Positions 48,113 to 58,536 of a stretch of DNA of 64,000 nucleotides are shown here, piece by piece. The notes beneath the pieces were generated by a model. That model saw only the letters and a list, made by a program, of their open reading frames with translations, was not told the origin of the DNA and searched no databases. The position numbers and the translations under genes are program-made. How positions within the stretch are numbered: the stretch's first letter is position 1; the number at the start of each line of letters is the position of its first letter. This DNA is from a virus, in IMG/VR virus record IMGVR_UViG_3300027708_000019; one strand, 5' to 3'.

Positions 48113-49011
48113 TAGCAGTGCCACTTTCTTAATGCGAGTGCTTTACGAGTTGGCTCGCCGTTTGGTTTTTTCATTGGACCTTCTACGCCAGACATTCTTG
48201 CGCAGAAAGATTTTCTACGATTAGCAGCTTTACTTCCTGGTTTCAATTTACTTGGCTTTGTTGTAACAGCAGTTTGTAAATGACTACCAGGAGTTTGTCT
48301 ACGATAATGGTCAACACCTTTTTGTGTTAAACCACCAGTAGATGATTTATAACCTTTTGCATCGATAGCATATTCTAGTAATTCTTCATCAGGATAGACT
48401 TCCAACCATTCCCAAACAAGTTCTGAATCAACACCATTGGTAGCTGCCATTTCTTCAACAACTTCTTCAATCAAATCGAACTGTGCTTCAACTTCTTCAG
48501 TTCTAGTTCTACGACCAGCAAAGTTATGTATACCTCTATCTTTTAATTCAGAACGAGATGCTTCATATTCATAACGATTCTTATGAGCACTTGCTGATGT
48601 ATTACCAAGAGTTTTAACTTTTTTATCTAAAGTTGAAGTTGCTTGTGTTTTAGCAATTTTGTTTGTTGCTCTATACAAACCAGTATCTCTTTTATCGCTA
48701 GTATCATTAGACTTTAGATTTTTATTAACATAAGATTTTAAAGTTTTTGTATCTAACTCAGCAATCTGCTCAAATTCTTCATTCTTTGGCTTCTTGCCAG
48801 CTTTTTTGATTGCGATAGCAATTGCTGCTTGCTGGGCAGGATTTGCTGCTTCATTCTGAGAATCTTTTAACGATTTGTCAGTTGGCGCACCTTTACTTCC
48901 TGGCTTACGCATCTTCTCACCAGAACCATGTTTGATTCTTTCTTGTTTGGCATGGATATTATCCCACAATCCACGTTTTGCTTCTTCTAAGTATTCTTTG
49001 AACGAGATCAT
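48112..49011 (-). CDS. modular putative internal head protein
   Basis: MISFKEYLEE start; modules; C-terminal GGLT..RRKSFCARMSG..LRKWHC. Confidence 0.65.
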   Translation of the reverse strand: MISFKEYLEEAKRGLWDNIHAKQERIKHGSGEKMRKPGSKGAPTDKSLKDSQNEAANPAQQAAIAIAIKKAGKKPKNEEFEQIAELDTKTLKSYVNKNLKSNDTSDKRDTGLYRATNKIAKTQATSTLDKKVKTLGNTSASAHKNRYEYEASRSELKDRGIHNFAGRRTRTEEVEAQFDLIEEVVEEMAATNGVDSELVWEWLEVYPDEELLEYAIDAKGYKSSTGGLTQKGVDHYRRQTPGSHLQTAVTTKPSKLKPGSKAANRRKSFCARMSGVEGPMKKPNGEPTRKALALRKWHC

Positions 49012-49012
49012 T

Positions 49013-50233
49013 TTATTTCCTTGTCTTTAATAAGTTGGCTCTTGCGAATTCTGATCTATTGACCAATTTAGTTGGTTCATTAGCATGGTGAACAACGTAA
49101 CCTTCTGGATTAGTTTTCGTACCATTAATAGAATGTTCAACTCCACCACCACCTGAGTGATGCGCATCAAGAGCACCTGTTAATACATGTTTAGCATTAG
49201 CAAGATGCCCATGCATCTGCAATAAATTACCATAATGTTCTTTGTGTTTTTCAACGTGAGCAACCTGAGCAGCACCTTCACCAGTATGCGCTTCTTTTGC
49301 TTTTGGTGTTGAAACTTTCGCAGCTTTTTTCTCATAATGAGATTGAACATGCTGTTGAAAACCTTTAACGCTTGGTTTCTCGCCAGTACGAACAGTTGAG
49401 TTGATATATGTTCCTAGATGACCAGCTTCCCCACTGTGTTGTGGATGGACAGCTGTATACATTGAAGATCCATGTTCTTTATGAATTTTCTCAGCTTCAC
49501 CCATATGTTGATGGAATTCATCTTGTTTCTTTTTATCGTAAGCAACTTTGCTTGTATCAAGATGAGCCGAAGTCTGGTGAACATCAGGATGTTGATTAAA
49601 TCCTGCATGACTTGTTAATGGCTTTGCTTGCATTGAATGCATATCTTTACCATGATACTGAGTATGAGTAACAATACCAAACTTTGATTTCTTAGCAGTT
49701 TCTGCTTCTGGACCAGAATGGGCGTAAGTAATTGTATTTGGCGTATACGATGCTTTACCATCTTTCGTCGTCACATCGCCTTTTGGATTTGCTTTACTTT
49801 TACCACCAGAATGCATCACATCGCCTTGATAGATGCCTTGTTTTGGTGCAACCTTTGGTAGATGTTTTAAAGCAGCATTCATTTTGTCTGCCAATCCTGG
49901 AGCATGACCATGATTCGCTTGAACATCTTTTGATGTGTAATTTAATTTTGGTGTTTTGTTGAATGCGGATTTTGTAGCAACAAAGAATTTACCTGACTCT
50001 GGATGATGTCCGTAAACGATAGATGGCGATCCATCATATTTTGTTGTTAGATTTGAATCTGATTTACCAGTAGCCATATGCTGGTGGGCTTGTTGTAGCG
50101 CACCTTTGGCATGACCATAACCTGCTGCGCCATGGAACAGTGGACGATCCTCAGCGTGGGTAATGTGCTTTAACTTAGCACCTTCTTCGGCTTCTTCTTG
50201 AATTACCTGTAAATATTGTTTTAATTTTAACAT
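49013..50233 (-). CDS. ATP-dependent RNA-ligase-like nucleotidyltransferase
   Basis: TKYDGSP (motif I), QGD, EGYV (IV), KLVNR (V). Confidence 0.6.
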   Translation of the reverse strand: MLKLKQYLQVIQEEAEEGAKLKHITHAEDRPLFHGAAGYGHAKGALQQAHQHMATGKSDSNLTTKYDGSPSIVYGHHPESGKFFVATKSAFNKTPKLNYTSKDVQANHGHAPGLADKMNAALKHLPKVAPKQGIYQGDVMHSGGKSKANPKGDVTTKDGKASYTPNTITYAHSGPEAETAKKSKFGIVTHTQYHGKDMHSMQAKPLTSHAGFNQHPDVHQTSAHLDTSKVAYDKKKQDEFHQHMGEAEKIHKEHGSSMYTAVHPQHSGEAGHLGTYINSTVRTGEKPSVKGFQQHVQSHYEKKAAKVSTPKAKEAHTGEGAAQVAHVEKHKEHYGNLLQMHGHLANAKHVLTGALDAHHSGGGGVEHSINGTKTNPEGYVVHHANEPTKLVNRSEFARANLLKTRK

Positions 50234-50257
50234 AAACTTCCTCTATTCCATCTATTT

Positions 50258-50286
50258 ATTATACTATAAAACCGAATAAATGTCAA
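50258..50286 (-). promoter_or_regulatory. sigma70-type promoter abutting late-type TAAATA
   Basis: TTGACA-N17-TATAAT then TAAATA at 50253-50258. Confidence 0.8.
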
Positions 50287-50312
50287 GCATACCCCTACGG
50301 ACAGTAGGGTTA

Positions 50313-51629
50313 TTATACACCCTTGACTACAATATACAAAGAGCTGTCAGCACTTACCTTTTTGGAACTATAATAACAAAATGTCATATTTTCTTTAAAT
50401 TTTGCTGGTGTTCCAGCAGCCATCATAAAACTGTAAAGGTAAGATATTAAATTAGCAAATCTGTCTTTTGTTAATTTATCTGCTTTGTCAAATATTGCTT
50501 CAGCTTGTTTATAATCTTTTAATGTATTTGATAATCTTGGGAATTTACCAAACATCTGTTTCAACTCAGTTTTTGCTTTAGTATAATCTTGAGATGTTAC
50601 ACCAACACCACTTCTTACATTATACTGATAATTTTTTTGTACATGTGGTCCATATTGTTTAGCATCAACAGCACCAAGTTGATAACCTGCGCCAATAAAT
50701 CTACCTTCTAATGATACATTCAATGTTGTTGCGGATGCTTTAAAACCACATCTAACAGCAAAACCAGATTTTGTTTGAACAATAAAATTAGCAAAAGTAT
50801 CTGATAAATCTACTTTAGAAAATGACATATCATATTCTAATTGCTGAGACATAGCATTTGCTGGATCAACAATCTCAACTTTCGCAGATTGATTTGATTC
50901 AACTTGCTTCAAAGAGATTGGAATTAAATCTTTCTTTTTGTATGCTGCAGCAATACCATTATTTAATTCTTCAATAGACTTGGCAGCAATTAACTTTTTC
51001 ATATCAAAAGTTTTTTTAATCATCCACACATCAGCAGGATTCCAGTTGTCGTTTGCTTTACCAGAAAGTTTTCTTCCAACTGTATATAAATCTTTTGTCA
51101 AATCTTGCGCTTGTCTCTCGTAAGTATAACCCTTACCAGCTTTCAAAAACTTTTTCAACTCATTAACTTGTTTTACTGCACTCTCATAATACAAACTATC
51201 GTAATATGTTTTCTTTGCGCCAAGTTTATCGCGAATAGTGTCCTCTGATAACATTTTATTGTTTTCAAACACACTCTCAAAAAGATACATACTAACAAGT
51301 TCTTTAATCTCAGTAAGTTTACCTGTATCACTTTTTGCATTTTCACTAAAATGATTAAATGCAGTATTGATAGAACTCTCTGAACCTTTAATTAGAATTA
51401 CTTTATTCTTCTCATCTTTAACATACAGTGTCGCAGATCCAGCAGCCAACTCAATAACTGTTGAAATGTCTTTTGTTTTTGCTGATTTTGTAATGGAGAA
51501 TACAGACTCGCCAAGTTTATACTTTTGAGCAGTAAACTTGCTACCAATCGCAGCAGATATTTTGCTTGCGTCTTTTAGGACAATTTTATGCCCTTCTCCG
51601 TATTTTGTGCTTCCTGCAATCGATGCCAT
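50313..51629 (-). CDS. PD-(D/E)xK restriction-endonuclease-like protein
   Basis: E..WNPADVW..ISLKQ motif. Confidence 0.55.
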   Translation of the reverse strand: MASIAGSTKYGEGHKIVLKDASKISAAIGSKFTAQKYKLGESVFSITKSAKTKDISTVIELAAGSATLYVKDEKNKVILIKGSESSINTAFNHFSENAKSDTGKLTEIKELVSMYLFESVFENNKMLSEDTIRDKLGAKKTYYDSLYYESAVKQVNELKKFLKAGKGYTYERQAQDLTKDLYTVGRKLSGKANDNWNPADVWMIKKTFDMKKLIAAKSIEELNNGIAAAYKKKDLIPISLKQVESNQSAKVEIVDPANAMSQQLEYDMSFSKVDLSDTFANFIVQTKSGFAVRCGFKASATTLNVSLEGRFIGAGYQLGAVDAKQYGPHVQKNYQYNVRSGVGVTSQDYTKAKTELKQMFGKFPRLSNTLKDYKQAEAIFDKADKLTKDRFANLISYLYSFMMAAGTPAKFKENMTFCYYSSKKVSADSSLYIVVKGV

Positions 51630-51646
51630 AGATATTCCAGTAAAAA

Positions 51647-52321
51647 TTACTGAATATTTAGGTATTCGGCACGCTGTTGATATTTTCTATCCCAGCGTAG
51701 GATTTCCTTGTAGAGATACTTGAGAGGATAGTCAAATCCGTCAAACGACTTCTTGATTGCCTTCAATGTAGGTGAGTAGCGTCCTATGCGTTTAGCACGG
51801 AGCATTTCGTGAACTGGTTTTTTGAGATTAACTGATCTCATTTCCATAAGAATACAGTGAGAATATGCTTGTATCTCACACCAAGCAGCATAGTATTCTC
51901 TATCCTCTTGTTTGTCTGGGTCGTTGCTTTCTCTATGTAGCAACACAAACTCATACTCATTTTCATGGAAAGACCACTGCATGTGGTGAATATACTCATG
52001 CATCATGGTGATAATAATTTCAAATTTGAACTTGTCCCATTCTGCGTTGGTGAAGATTCGTGGACGAACTGTAAAGACTTGAATCTTTTCTTCGTCAAAG
52101 GCAAACTCGCCTGATACAGTAAAGTCCGAATTTTTGGATCTTTCTGTATACAGGGTTGTTTTATAGTAGCGTGCTAGATAACGCTTCAGATTGATTCCGA
52201 GATAGTCATCTCGGTATTTGTCCAACTTGCGCCACAGCTGTGATGGAACAAGTTTGGGCAAATCTACATTCAACAGTTCGGTAAAATTACCATTATAATT
52301 GCTTAAGAATTGCCCTTTCAT
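51647..52321 (-). CDS. HExxH zinc-metallopeptidase-like hypothetical protein
   Basis: HEYIHHMQ..EIQAY. Confidence 0.55.
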   Translation of the reverse strand: MKGQFLSNYNGNFTELLNVDLPKLVPSQLWRKLDKYRDDYLGINLKRYLARYYKTTLYTERSKNSDFTVSGEFAFDEEKIQVFTVRPRIFTNAEWDKFKFEIIITMMHEYIHHMQWSFHENEYEFVLLHRESNDPDKQEDREYYAAWCEIQAYSHCILMEMRSVNLKKPVHEMLRAKRIGRYSPTLKAIKKSFDGFDYPLKYLYKEILRWDRKYQQRAEYLNIQ

Positions 52322-52341
52322 TTTCTGTCTCCTAAAGCATT

Positions 52342-52370
52342 ATTATACTATAAAATACAGGAAATGTCAA
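52342..52370 (-). promoter_or_regulatory. sigma70-type promoter
   Basis: TTGACA-N17-TATAAT. Confidence 0.85.
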
Positions 52371-52371
52371 G

Positions 52372-53721
52372 CTACCCGAAGAACTCGTCCAGTCCTTGGG
52401 TTGTTGGTGCTTCGAAATGTTCATCGAACATATTTCTTGCATTTCTGGGGATATTTGGATCATAATTCGACTTCGTCTTGAGTTCGTTTAGGAAACCTGT
52501 AGTTCTACCCATAGCCAAGTCGATGTAGTGCTGAGCAACTACTTTTCGATCAAATTGTTTAATCAATTCGTAGTTATTTAGCTGAATCTGTCTGTAGTCT
52601 TGTTCGCGCATGAAACAATAGTTAGCGATCGCTTCGCCATATTCTTTTGGTGTAAAATCCTTTTTGAGCATACAGTAGTTAACACCTGCCTTCAAAACAG
52701 TTCCCATACCCTCATCGTTGTTGGAAACCCCATAATTTACAGCGATGGGCACAGTCCCGATGCGCATAGCATCAATGACAACCCTATTGAAATGCTCACC
52801 AAAAGTGTTAGACCAGCTAGGATCAACAAGAAATTTAGAAGTTGCCAAAATTTCGTCACGTTTTGCTCCAGAAATAAAACCAAGATATTGAAAATTGCCT
52901 GAATTTTCAGCATTCTCCCAAATACGTTTACCTTCTCTATCTGGTGTAACATCTGGATCATACTGAGAAGTCGCAAAATATTCTTCTTTACATTTATCTT
53001 TGGACATCATATATGCTGCTTCAATACCATATCCACCAACCAGTGTTTTTACATCTTTCATGTAAGGAACAGCACGAACCAAATCATCGACACGTTTCCA
53101 ACGCTTAAATGTTTGGATAGATAAAATCTTATTTTCACGCTGATTGAATGGTGGTGTTTCAGGAATACCAGCAATGTCTTGTGGGTTTAAAATCAAGGCA
53201 CGTGGTACGTCCATAAAATCAGCTGAGTCATATGCTGCTGGATGTACACAAGCCAAACCAGCAAAGTGTTTCTCAAACAAAACAATCCAAGGATATAACT
53301 TTTTAAGATTAGCATCATGAATAATTGGAACCTGCTTTGATGTAATTTGTTCAATCATCGGCAGCCATTCTAGATACTGCTCAGTGTCTTTATTTTTAAA
53401 ACCAAAAATAGACTGCCAAATAACCAAGTCGTGTTTGTTAGCATCTTCAACAAACTGATCAATAGACTCTTTAACTTTATACGAATAGTATGGAGCAATC
53501 CAGCCATCGCCTTGATGAACAGGATAACCTGTACCGATACCAATTTCGTAGCCTTCTTTTAACTCAGAAGGAATTTCAACTGGCTTCACTTGTTTATTTG
53601 GTTTAAGATAAGCAAATGTTACCTCATGACCAATTTCTTTCAATCCTGCTACGAGATGTTCACAGTGATTGATAATACCTCCAAAGTTGTTGAAGGTGTG
53701 CATTACCATCATAATCTTCAT
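52372..53721 (-). CDS. GT-B fold glycosyltransferase (DNA glycosyltransferase candidate)
   Basis: FGGII, KRWKR, EHFNRVVIDAM (Ex7D). Confidence 0.75.
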   Translation of the reverse strand: MKIMMVMHTFNNFGGIINHCEHLVAGLKEIGHEVTFAYLKPNKQVKPVEIPSELKEGYEIGIGTGYPVHQGDGWIAPYYSYKVKESIDQFVEDANKHDLVIWQSIFGFKNKDTEQYLEWLPMIEQITSKQVPIIHDANLKKLYPWIVLFEKHFAGLACVHPAAYDSADFMDVPRALILNPQDIAGIPETPPFNQRENKILSIQTFKRWKRVDDLVRAVPYMKDVKTLVGGYGIEAAYMMSKDKCKEEYFATSQYDPDVTPDREGKRIWENAENSGNFQYLGFISGAKRDEILATSKFLVDPSWSNTFGEHFNRVVIDAMRIGTVPIAVNYGVSNNDEGMGTVLKAGVNYCMLKKDFTPKEYGEAIANYCFMREQDYRQIQLNNYELIKQFDRKVVAQHYIDLAMGRTTGFLNELKTKSNYDPNIPRNARNMFDEHFEAPTTQGLDEFFG

Positions 53722-53882
53722 AGTGTTTTCCTTAGTTCATAACTTTTATGTTGTTGTTCAAGCCACTCTTGTGCTTCTATTTCGCTGTCAAAATATGGAC
53801 TCACCAAATTACGATAAGTTCTATTGATCCAAAAATAAGTATAGGTGTGCATACCAACGTCCCTATACTTAATTAGTTCCAT
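53718..53882 (-). CDS. small hypothetical protein
   Basis: VSPYFDSE motif; overlaps GT start. Confidence 0.55.
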   Translation of the reverse strand: MELIKYRDVGMHTYTYFWINRTYRNLVSPYFDSEIEAQEWLEQQHKSYELRKTL

Positions 53883-53886
53883 GCCA

Positions 53887-54735
53887 TCAAGTCCAGAGTC
53901 CATGGCGCACCTTGATAAGTCGTATCATCATTTCTTCGTCTTCAGTCTCATACGCTTGTTCAATTTTATGACACTCATCAAGCATTTTAGAAACTCTTTC
54001 TTTTTCTTCTGGTGTTTTTTCTTCACGACCCATAAAGCCATATGGTTCGCCATCTTCATCGCGATCGTTTCTACGCTCATCGCAGTAAGCAGACCATCCT
54101 GATGCTTCGTGAGGATCAACACGTTTTGGTCTTTCAATTGTCCACCAATTATATAGATCTAGAATTTCTTGTGCTTTAATTGCTTGGTGAGTTGGTTTAC
54201 CATAATCAGGACTATCTTTCTCTACCCACTGTTCATCATGAACCAACTTACGTTGCCATTCTAAATTAGCAAGACCACATTCAGGTTTGCGCCATGTGCG
54301 CCAGCGGAACCATCCCCAAGCCCACCATGGTGCAACAAATTTCTTACGAGCATCTTCATCCCATGCTACATGCCACCATGCTAATTCAATTTCAACAAAA
54401 TCGACAAGTTCATTAAACAAACAAGGAAGAAACCTATTACCCACGTCACACCAACTACCAGGACTGATATCACGAGCATGGGCAGTAAGAGAATGAGTGC
54501 GAGTAACAAATCTATTGTTAATATAATATTTGAGAGCATAAAGTTTGTCCACTGGATAAAAGATTGTTTTTTGAATAATATCAAGTCCTTCTTCTGCCAA
54601 CCAGTAGCGGAAAGGATGTGACTTTTTTGCTTGCTTGTTCCATTTGTGCCAACCTTCGCTGGTTTCAGCAGTTGGTTTCATTGTGCCACGAAGCCAGTCG
54701 GCAAACTTAGAACATGTCCAATAATTGTTTCTCAT
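53887..54735 (-). CDS. Trp-rich conserved phage hypothetical protein
   Basis: GGAG RBS, own promoter; RLIKVR..LWT end. Confidence 0.7.
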   Translation of the reverse strand: MRNNYWTCSKFADWLRGTMKPTAETSEGWHKWNKQAKKSHPFRYWLAEEGLDIIQKTIFYPVDKLYALKYYINNRFVTRTHSLTAHARDISPGSWCDVGNRFLPCLFNELVDFVEIELAWWHVAWDEDARKKFVAPWWAWGWFRWRTWRKPECGLANLEWQRKLVHDEQWVEKDSPDYGKPTHQAIKAQEILDLYNWWTIERPKRVDPHEASGWSAYCDERRNDRDEDGEPYGFMGREEKTPEEKERVSKMLDECHKIEQAYETEDEEMMIRLIKVRHGLWT

Positions 54736-54752
54736 AATTACTCCAAAAGTAT

Positions 54753-54781
54753 ATTATACTATGTATTTGAGTTTTTGTCAA
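54753..54781 (-). promoter_or_regulatory. sigma70-type promoter
   Basis: TTGACA-N17-TATAAT. Confidence 0.85.
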
Positions 54782-56100
54782 GCAAAGAATTCATCTAAGT
54801 CAGCGTTATTTGCTGCTGGGTGATACTTAGCAACCATCGCATCGCCATTTGGTTGTTTACGAAGATAGTCATACCATTCTTCATCATCCCACATTCCTGG
54901 ACTTACGCCATTCCAAAGTTTCTTCCACAACTTATGTTCTTTATTTAGACGACGTGATTCAACATACTCATAACGAGCATTCTCATATTCCCAACTACCA
55001 AGTTGCATCATATTTTCACGAAGATAAACAACAAGAGAAATACGCTCTGAACCTTCTTCACAAACAATCGGTGTGTTACCATGGATGACTTCATGATTGT
55101 TTACCAATAACAAATCTCCTGGACGAACATTAACAGCAGTGCGAATCTCTGGGAAAATTAAATAACCACCTGTATATTTACCATCATTAGACAATGTCAA
55201 CAGATTAGACATACCTTCAGTAAAATCACCAGCATCACGATGAGCAGCTGTACGGAATGTTTTATTAACTGTTACTGTAGTAAATGGTGTTGCCTCAATA
55301 ACAAATTTCTGATCAATCTTATCAGTTGCTGTTTTCTGATTAGCATAACGCTGTGGTAGTAGTGTTTTAAAACCACGTGCCAATGATTGTAGAAATGGAT
55401 ATGCCATTCTAAACTTCTCAGGATTATCTCGAGTATAAGTTGTCGCACGACCAAAAGGAATTCTAGGATAACGATCAAACCAACCTGCGATACCAGAATC
55501 AACTGGATTACCATAAGATGTTTCACTAATCATAGTCATAACTTCTTCTGTTGCTTTCGCACGTTCTTCTGGATTGAGTTTGATGATTGAATCAACCCAC
55601 TCATCGAAATTAAACTTGTTACGGAAACGTGAGATAACCCAAACATTATTTTTACCAGAACCCAATGCTTTCAAACGTGATTCTTGCGTTGGATACTTTT
55701 CTCTAATTGTGGTAATAACATCATCATCAGACAATCGAGCAAAACGAGCAGACAGCAACTCACTAATCATTTCTTCTTGATAGTTAGTAACCCACTCACG
55801 TCCTTCGCCTGTGACAGAAGTTCCTGCTTTGATACCAGAAGCAAGTCCACGATTTTCAGTACGAACTGCTGCTTCACGCAATCCAACATATGCTTGTTCC
55901 TGTTCTTCTTTGGTGAAGAAGTTCTTACGGAATTTAAAAGCGATCTTTGCTTCGCTGTGTGGATTGTCGTCTTCATGATCAGGTGGCAAATAGAAATCAG
56001 TATCTTCCTCAACCAAAAGATCATAATGAGATTCATCTACGAACATACCAAGTAAATGTTCTGAATCGTGAATTTTATCTGCTACAATAATTTTTGTCAT
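54778..56100 (-). CDS. TET/JBP-family 2OG-Fe(II) dioxygenase
   Basis: PFTTVTVN, TAAHRDAGD (HxD), GGYLIFPE, HGNT, RISLVVYLR. Confidence 0.75.
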   Translation of the reverse strand: MTKIIVADKIHDSEHLLGMFVDESHYDLLVEEDTDFYLPPDHEDDNPHSEAKIAFKFRKNFFTKEEQEQAYVGLREAAVRTENRGLASGIKAGTSVTGEGREWVTNYQEEMISELLSARFARLSDDDVITTIREKYPTQESRLKALGSGKNNVWVISRFRNKFNFDEWVDSIIKLNPEERAKATEEVMTMISETSYGNPVDSGIAGWFDRYPRIPFGRATTYTRDNPEKFRMAYPFLQSLARGFKTLLPQRYANQKTATDKIDQKFVIEATPFTTVTVNKTFRTAAHRDAGDFTEGMSNLLTLSNDGKYTGGYLIFPEIRTAVNVRPGDLLLVNNHEVIHGNTPIVCEEGSERISLVVYLRENMMQLGSWEYENARYEYVESRRLNKEHKLWKKLWNGVSPGMWDDEEWYDYLRKQPNGDAMVAKYHPAANNADLDEFFA

Positions 56101-57491
56101 ACCTTAAATCCCTCAAAATTGTTTTCTTTCATTCTTTTGCCAAACTTAGACTGATCAAACAAAGGTGTGTCATCATCAACAGTTCCCTGTCCTGCGATAT
56201 TCATTTGAGCACTCATCTCAACATCATACAATCTCATTTGCTTTCTATCAATACCAATAACAAAACGCTTGAAATAATTTGGATCTGAATAACGATTCTT
56301 CAACTGTTTTACCATAACCTGATTCATCTGATCCAACTCTTCAGTCGCAATTAACGCAACCATCAAATCAGCAGTTGCTGGCAAACCAAACGATTCTGAA
56401 GTATCCTCAAGTCCTGGATCTGTGTTAGCATATCCAGAACGAGTCGTTTGTGTTGCGGAAACAATTGGCACTTTATATTCACCAGCCAAACCACGCAACT
56501 CTTCAGCAATCGACTTAATATATGTATAAGAGTTTACATTGGCTCCCATACGAATTCTTTGAGAAGAACAAATGTTCAAGTAATCAATGTAAATAATATC
56601 TGGTTTGAAATTACGTTTCATCTTAAGTTCTTCAATCAATGCTCGGAAATGACCAGAATGAGCAGAAGAAGTTGGATATTCTTTAACAATGAATTTACCT
56701 TGTGTTTTGTTACGGACTTTCTCAAGTCTAGCATCAAATACACGTTTCTCAACCATAGGAATTGATTCAATTGACAACTCAAGTAAGTTCGCATCAATAC
56801 GCTCAGCAATCTTTTCTTCAGCCATCTCCATAGTTATGTATAATACATTTTTACCAGTCAACAAATTAGCAGCAGCAAAATGACACATCGCCAAAGATTT
56901 ACCAACACCTGTACCTGCCAAAATAATGTTGAGGGTTTTCTTACTCAAACCACCATTCGTGATTTTGTTAAGGATCTCCAAGTCGAAAGGAATTTTCTCT
57001 TCAACTCTGTGATAAAAATCATACCTCGCATCTGAGTCATCAAGATAGTCATGTCCAACATGTGAGTCGAATGTGACACCCAACGCTTTAGACAATAAAT
57101 CTGGGATCGCATCTTGTGTTCTAATCTTATCTTTACCATCAATAATTTTAATTGAATCGATAATCGCATTATAAACAGCCTTGTCTTTACAAAACTTTTC
57201 AGTAGAAGTTGTGATCCAATCAATGTGAGTTTTCTCAGAATTGGTTGAATCGAGAATCTCATTCGCAAGTCTAACTTGATCTTCAGTTACATCGGTGCGA
57301 TTTGAGATTTCAATTTTCAATACATCTTTTGTTGGTGCTTCATTATATGTGACAAAGAATTTTGTTATCTCTTCAAAAACTACTCTGTCAGTTCTATCGG
57401 TAAAATATTCTGGCTGAAGGAAAGGCATAACCTTTCTTGAATATTCTTCATGACACAATAAATTACCGAAGATTTGGTCTTCAATTCGCAT
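56097..57491 (-). CDS. 41: replicative DNA helicase (T4 gp41-like)
   Basis: AGTGVGKS, YITMEM, DYLNI, SESFG, KQLKNRY. Confidence 0.95.
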   Translation of the reverse strand: MRIEDQIFGNLLCHEEYSRKVMPFLQPEYFTDRTDRVVFEEITKFFVTYNEAPTKDVLKIEISNRTDVTEDQVRLANEILDSTNSEKTHIDWITTSTEKFCKDKAVYNAIIDSIKIIDGKDKIRTQDAIPDLLSKALGVTFDSHVGHDYLDDSDARYDFYHRVEEKIPFDLEILNKITNGGLSKKTLNIILAGTGVGKSLAMCHFAAANLLTGKNVLYITMEMAEEKIAERIDANLLELSIESIPMVEKRVFDARLEKVRNKTQGKFIVKEYPTSSAHSGHFRALIEELKMKRNFKPDIIYIDYLNICSSQRIRMGANVNSYTYIKSIAEELRGLAGEYKVPIVSATQTTRSGYANTDPGLEDTSESFGLPATADLMVALIATEELDQMNQVMVKQLKNRYSDPNYFKRFVIGIDRKQMRLYDVEMSAQMNIAGQGTVDDDTPLFDQSKFGKRMKENNFEGFKV

Positions 57492-58536
57492 CTACTTCTT
57501 CCTCTATCTCTTGTGGGGTATCTTCTTCACTACCATAATTATACTTGCTTTTGCAGTATTTGTCAAGTTGTTTCAAGATATCTTCGGAGAAAAATTCAGA
57601 AGGATTATTTGCGATATTTTTGCCGAACACTTTACGTCCATCGTGGACTTCAATTCGACCACCTTGGGATTTCCAAATTCCTGCCTCAATCGCAAGATCA
57701 GCAAGTCCGTGGTATCGGTCAAGACCTTTGGTAAATGAAAGTTTAGTTTCGACCATGGATTTCTCGCGAGTGAAGCGAGATTTTTCCAGTTTACATTTTA
57801 TAATATTACCAACCACTTCGGTGCCGTCTTTATCTTGCGATTTTGACAGAAACACAATAGTAGATGCTGCGTACTTAAGACCATCGCCACCACCCATAGT
57901 TTTCGTTGGCATATACGCACCAACAACAGCATAGGTATGATTAGTAACAACCATAGCAACATCCAACTTTGATAGTTTCAATGATAGAACACGAAATGCT
58001 CCACGAATTAACTGAGCACGTGTCATATCACGAGTATCTTTACCTTCAAGTGTATCTTCCATCTCTTTAGAAGTTGAGAGCATACCCAATGAATCAAGAA
58101 AGAACATCAATGGTGGACGATCTTTCTTTGGTGTTTTTTCATAAGCATCTAAAACTTTAGTAGCTTGAGTGCGGAATTCTTGAATCGTAGAAACAGGAAC
58201 AATCATGAAACGCTTGGTATCAATACCACGATCAACCAACATATCTTTGTTCAGTGCTCCTTCTGTTTCAAAGTATATAACTCCAGCCTGTTCATTAGTT
58301 CGTAGAAAATTGTTCGCAATGCCAATAGCATAAAATGTTTTTCCTGTGGAAGACTCACCAGCCAGAGCTGTAACTTTGTTGCCAGGAAGACCACCATAGA
58401 TGCTACCGCTGACAAGAGCATTAAGGGAATAAGAACCAGTGTCGATAAAACTACTAGTATCACCAACCACACCATCATCAGCAAGTCCCGCATATTCATT
58501 ATCAAGTTCCTTTACGATATTCTTTAAAAAACTCAT
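57481..58536 (-). CDS. uvsX: RecA-like recombinase
   Basis: GESSTGKT, LDSLG, DMTRA, NHTY, MGGG. Confidence 0.95.
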   Translation of the reverse strand: MSFLKNIVKELDNEYAGLADDGVVGDTSSFIDTGSYSLNALVSGSIYGGLPGNKVTALAGESSTGKTFYAIGIANNFLRTNEQAGVIYFETEGALNKDMLVDRGIDTKRFMIVPVSTIQEFRTQATKVLDAYEKTPKKDRPPLMFFLDSLGMLSTSKEMEDTLEGKDTRDMTRAQLIRGAFRVLSLKLSKLDVAMVVTNHTYAVVGAYMPTKTMGGGDGLKYAASTIVFLSKSQDKDGTEVVGNIIKCKLEKSRFTREKSMVETKLSFTKGLDRYHGLADLAIEAGIWKSQGGRIEVHDGRKVFGKNIANNPSEFFSEDILKQLDKYCKSKYNYGSEEDTPQEIEEEVDAN

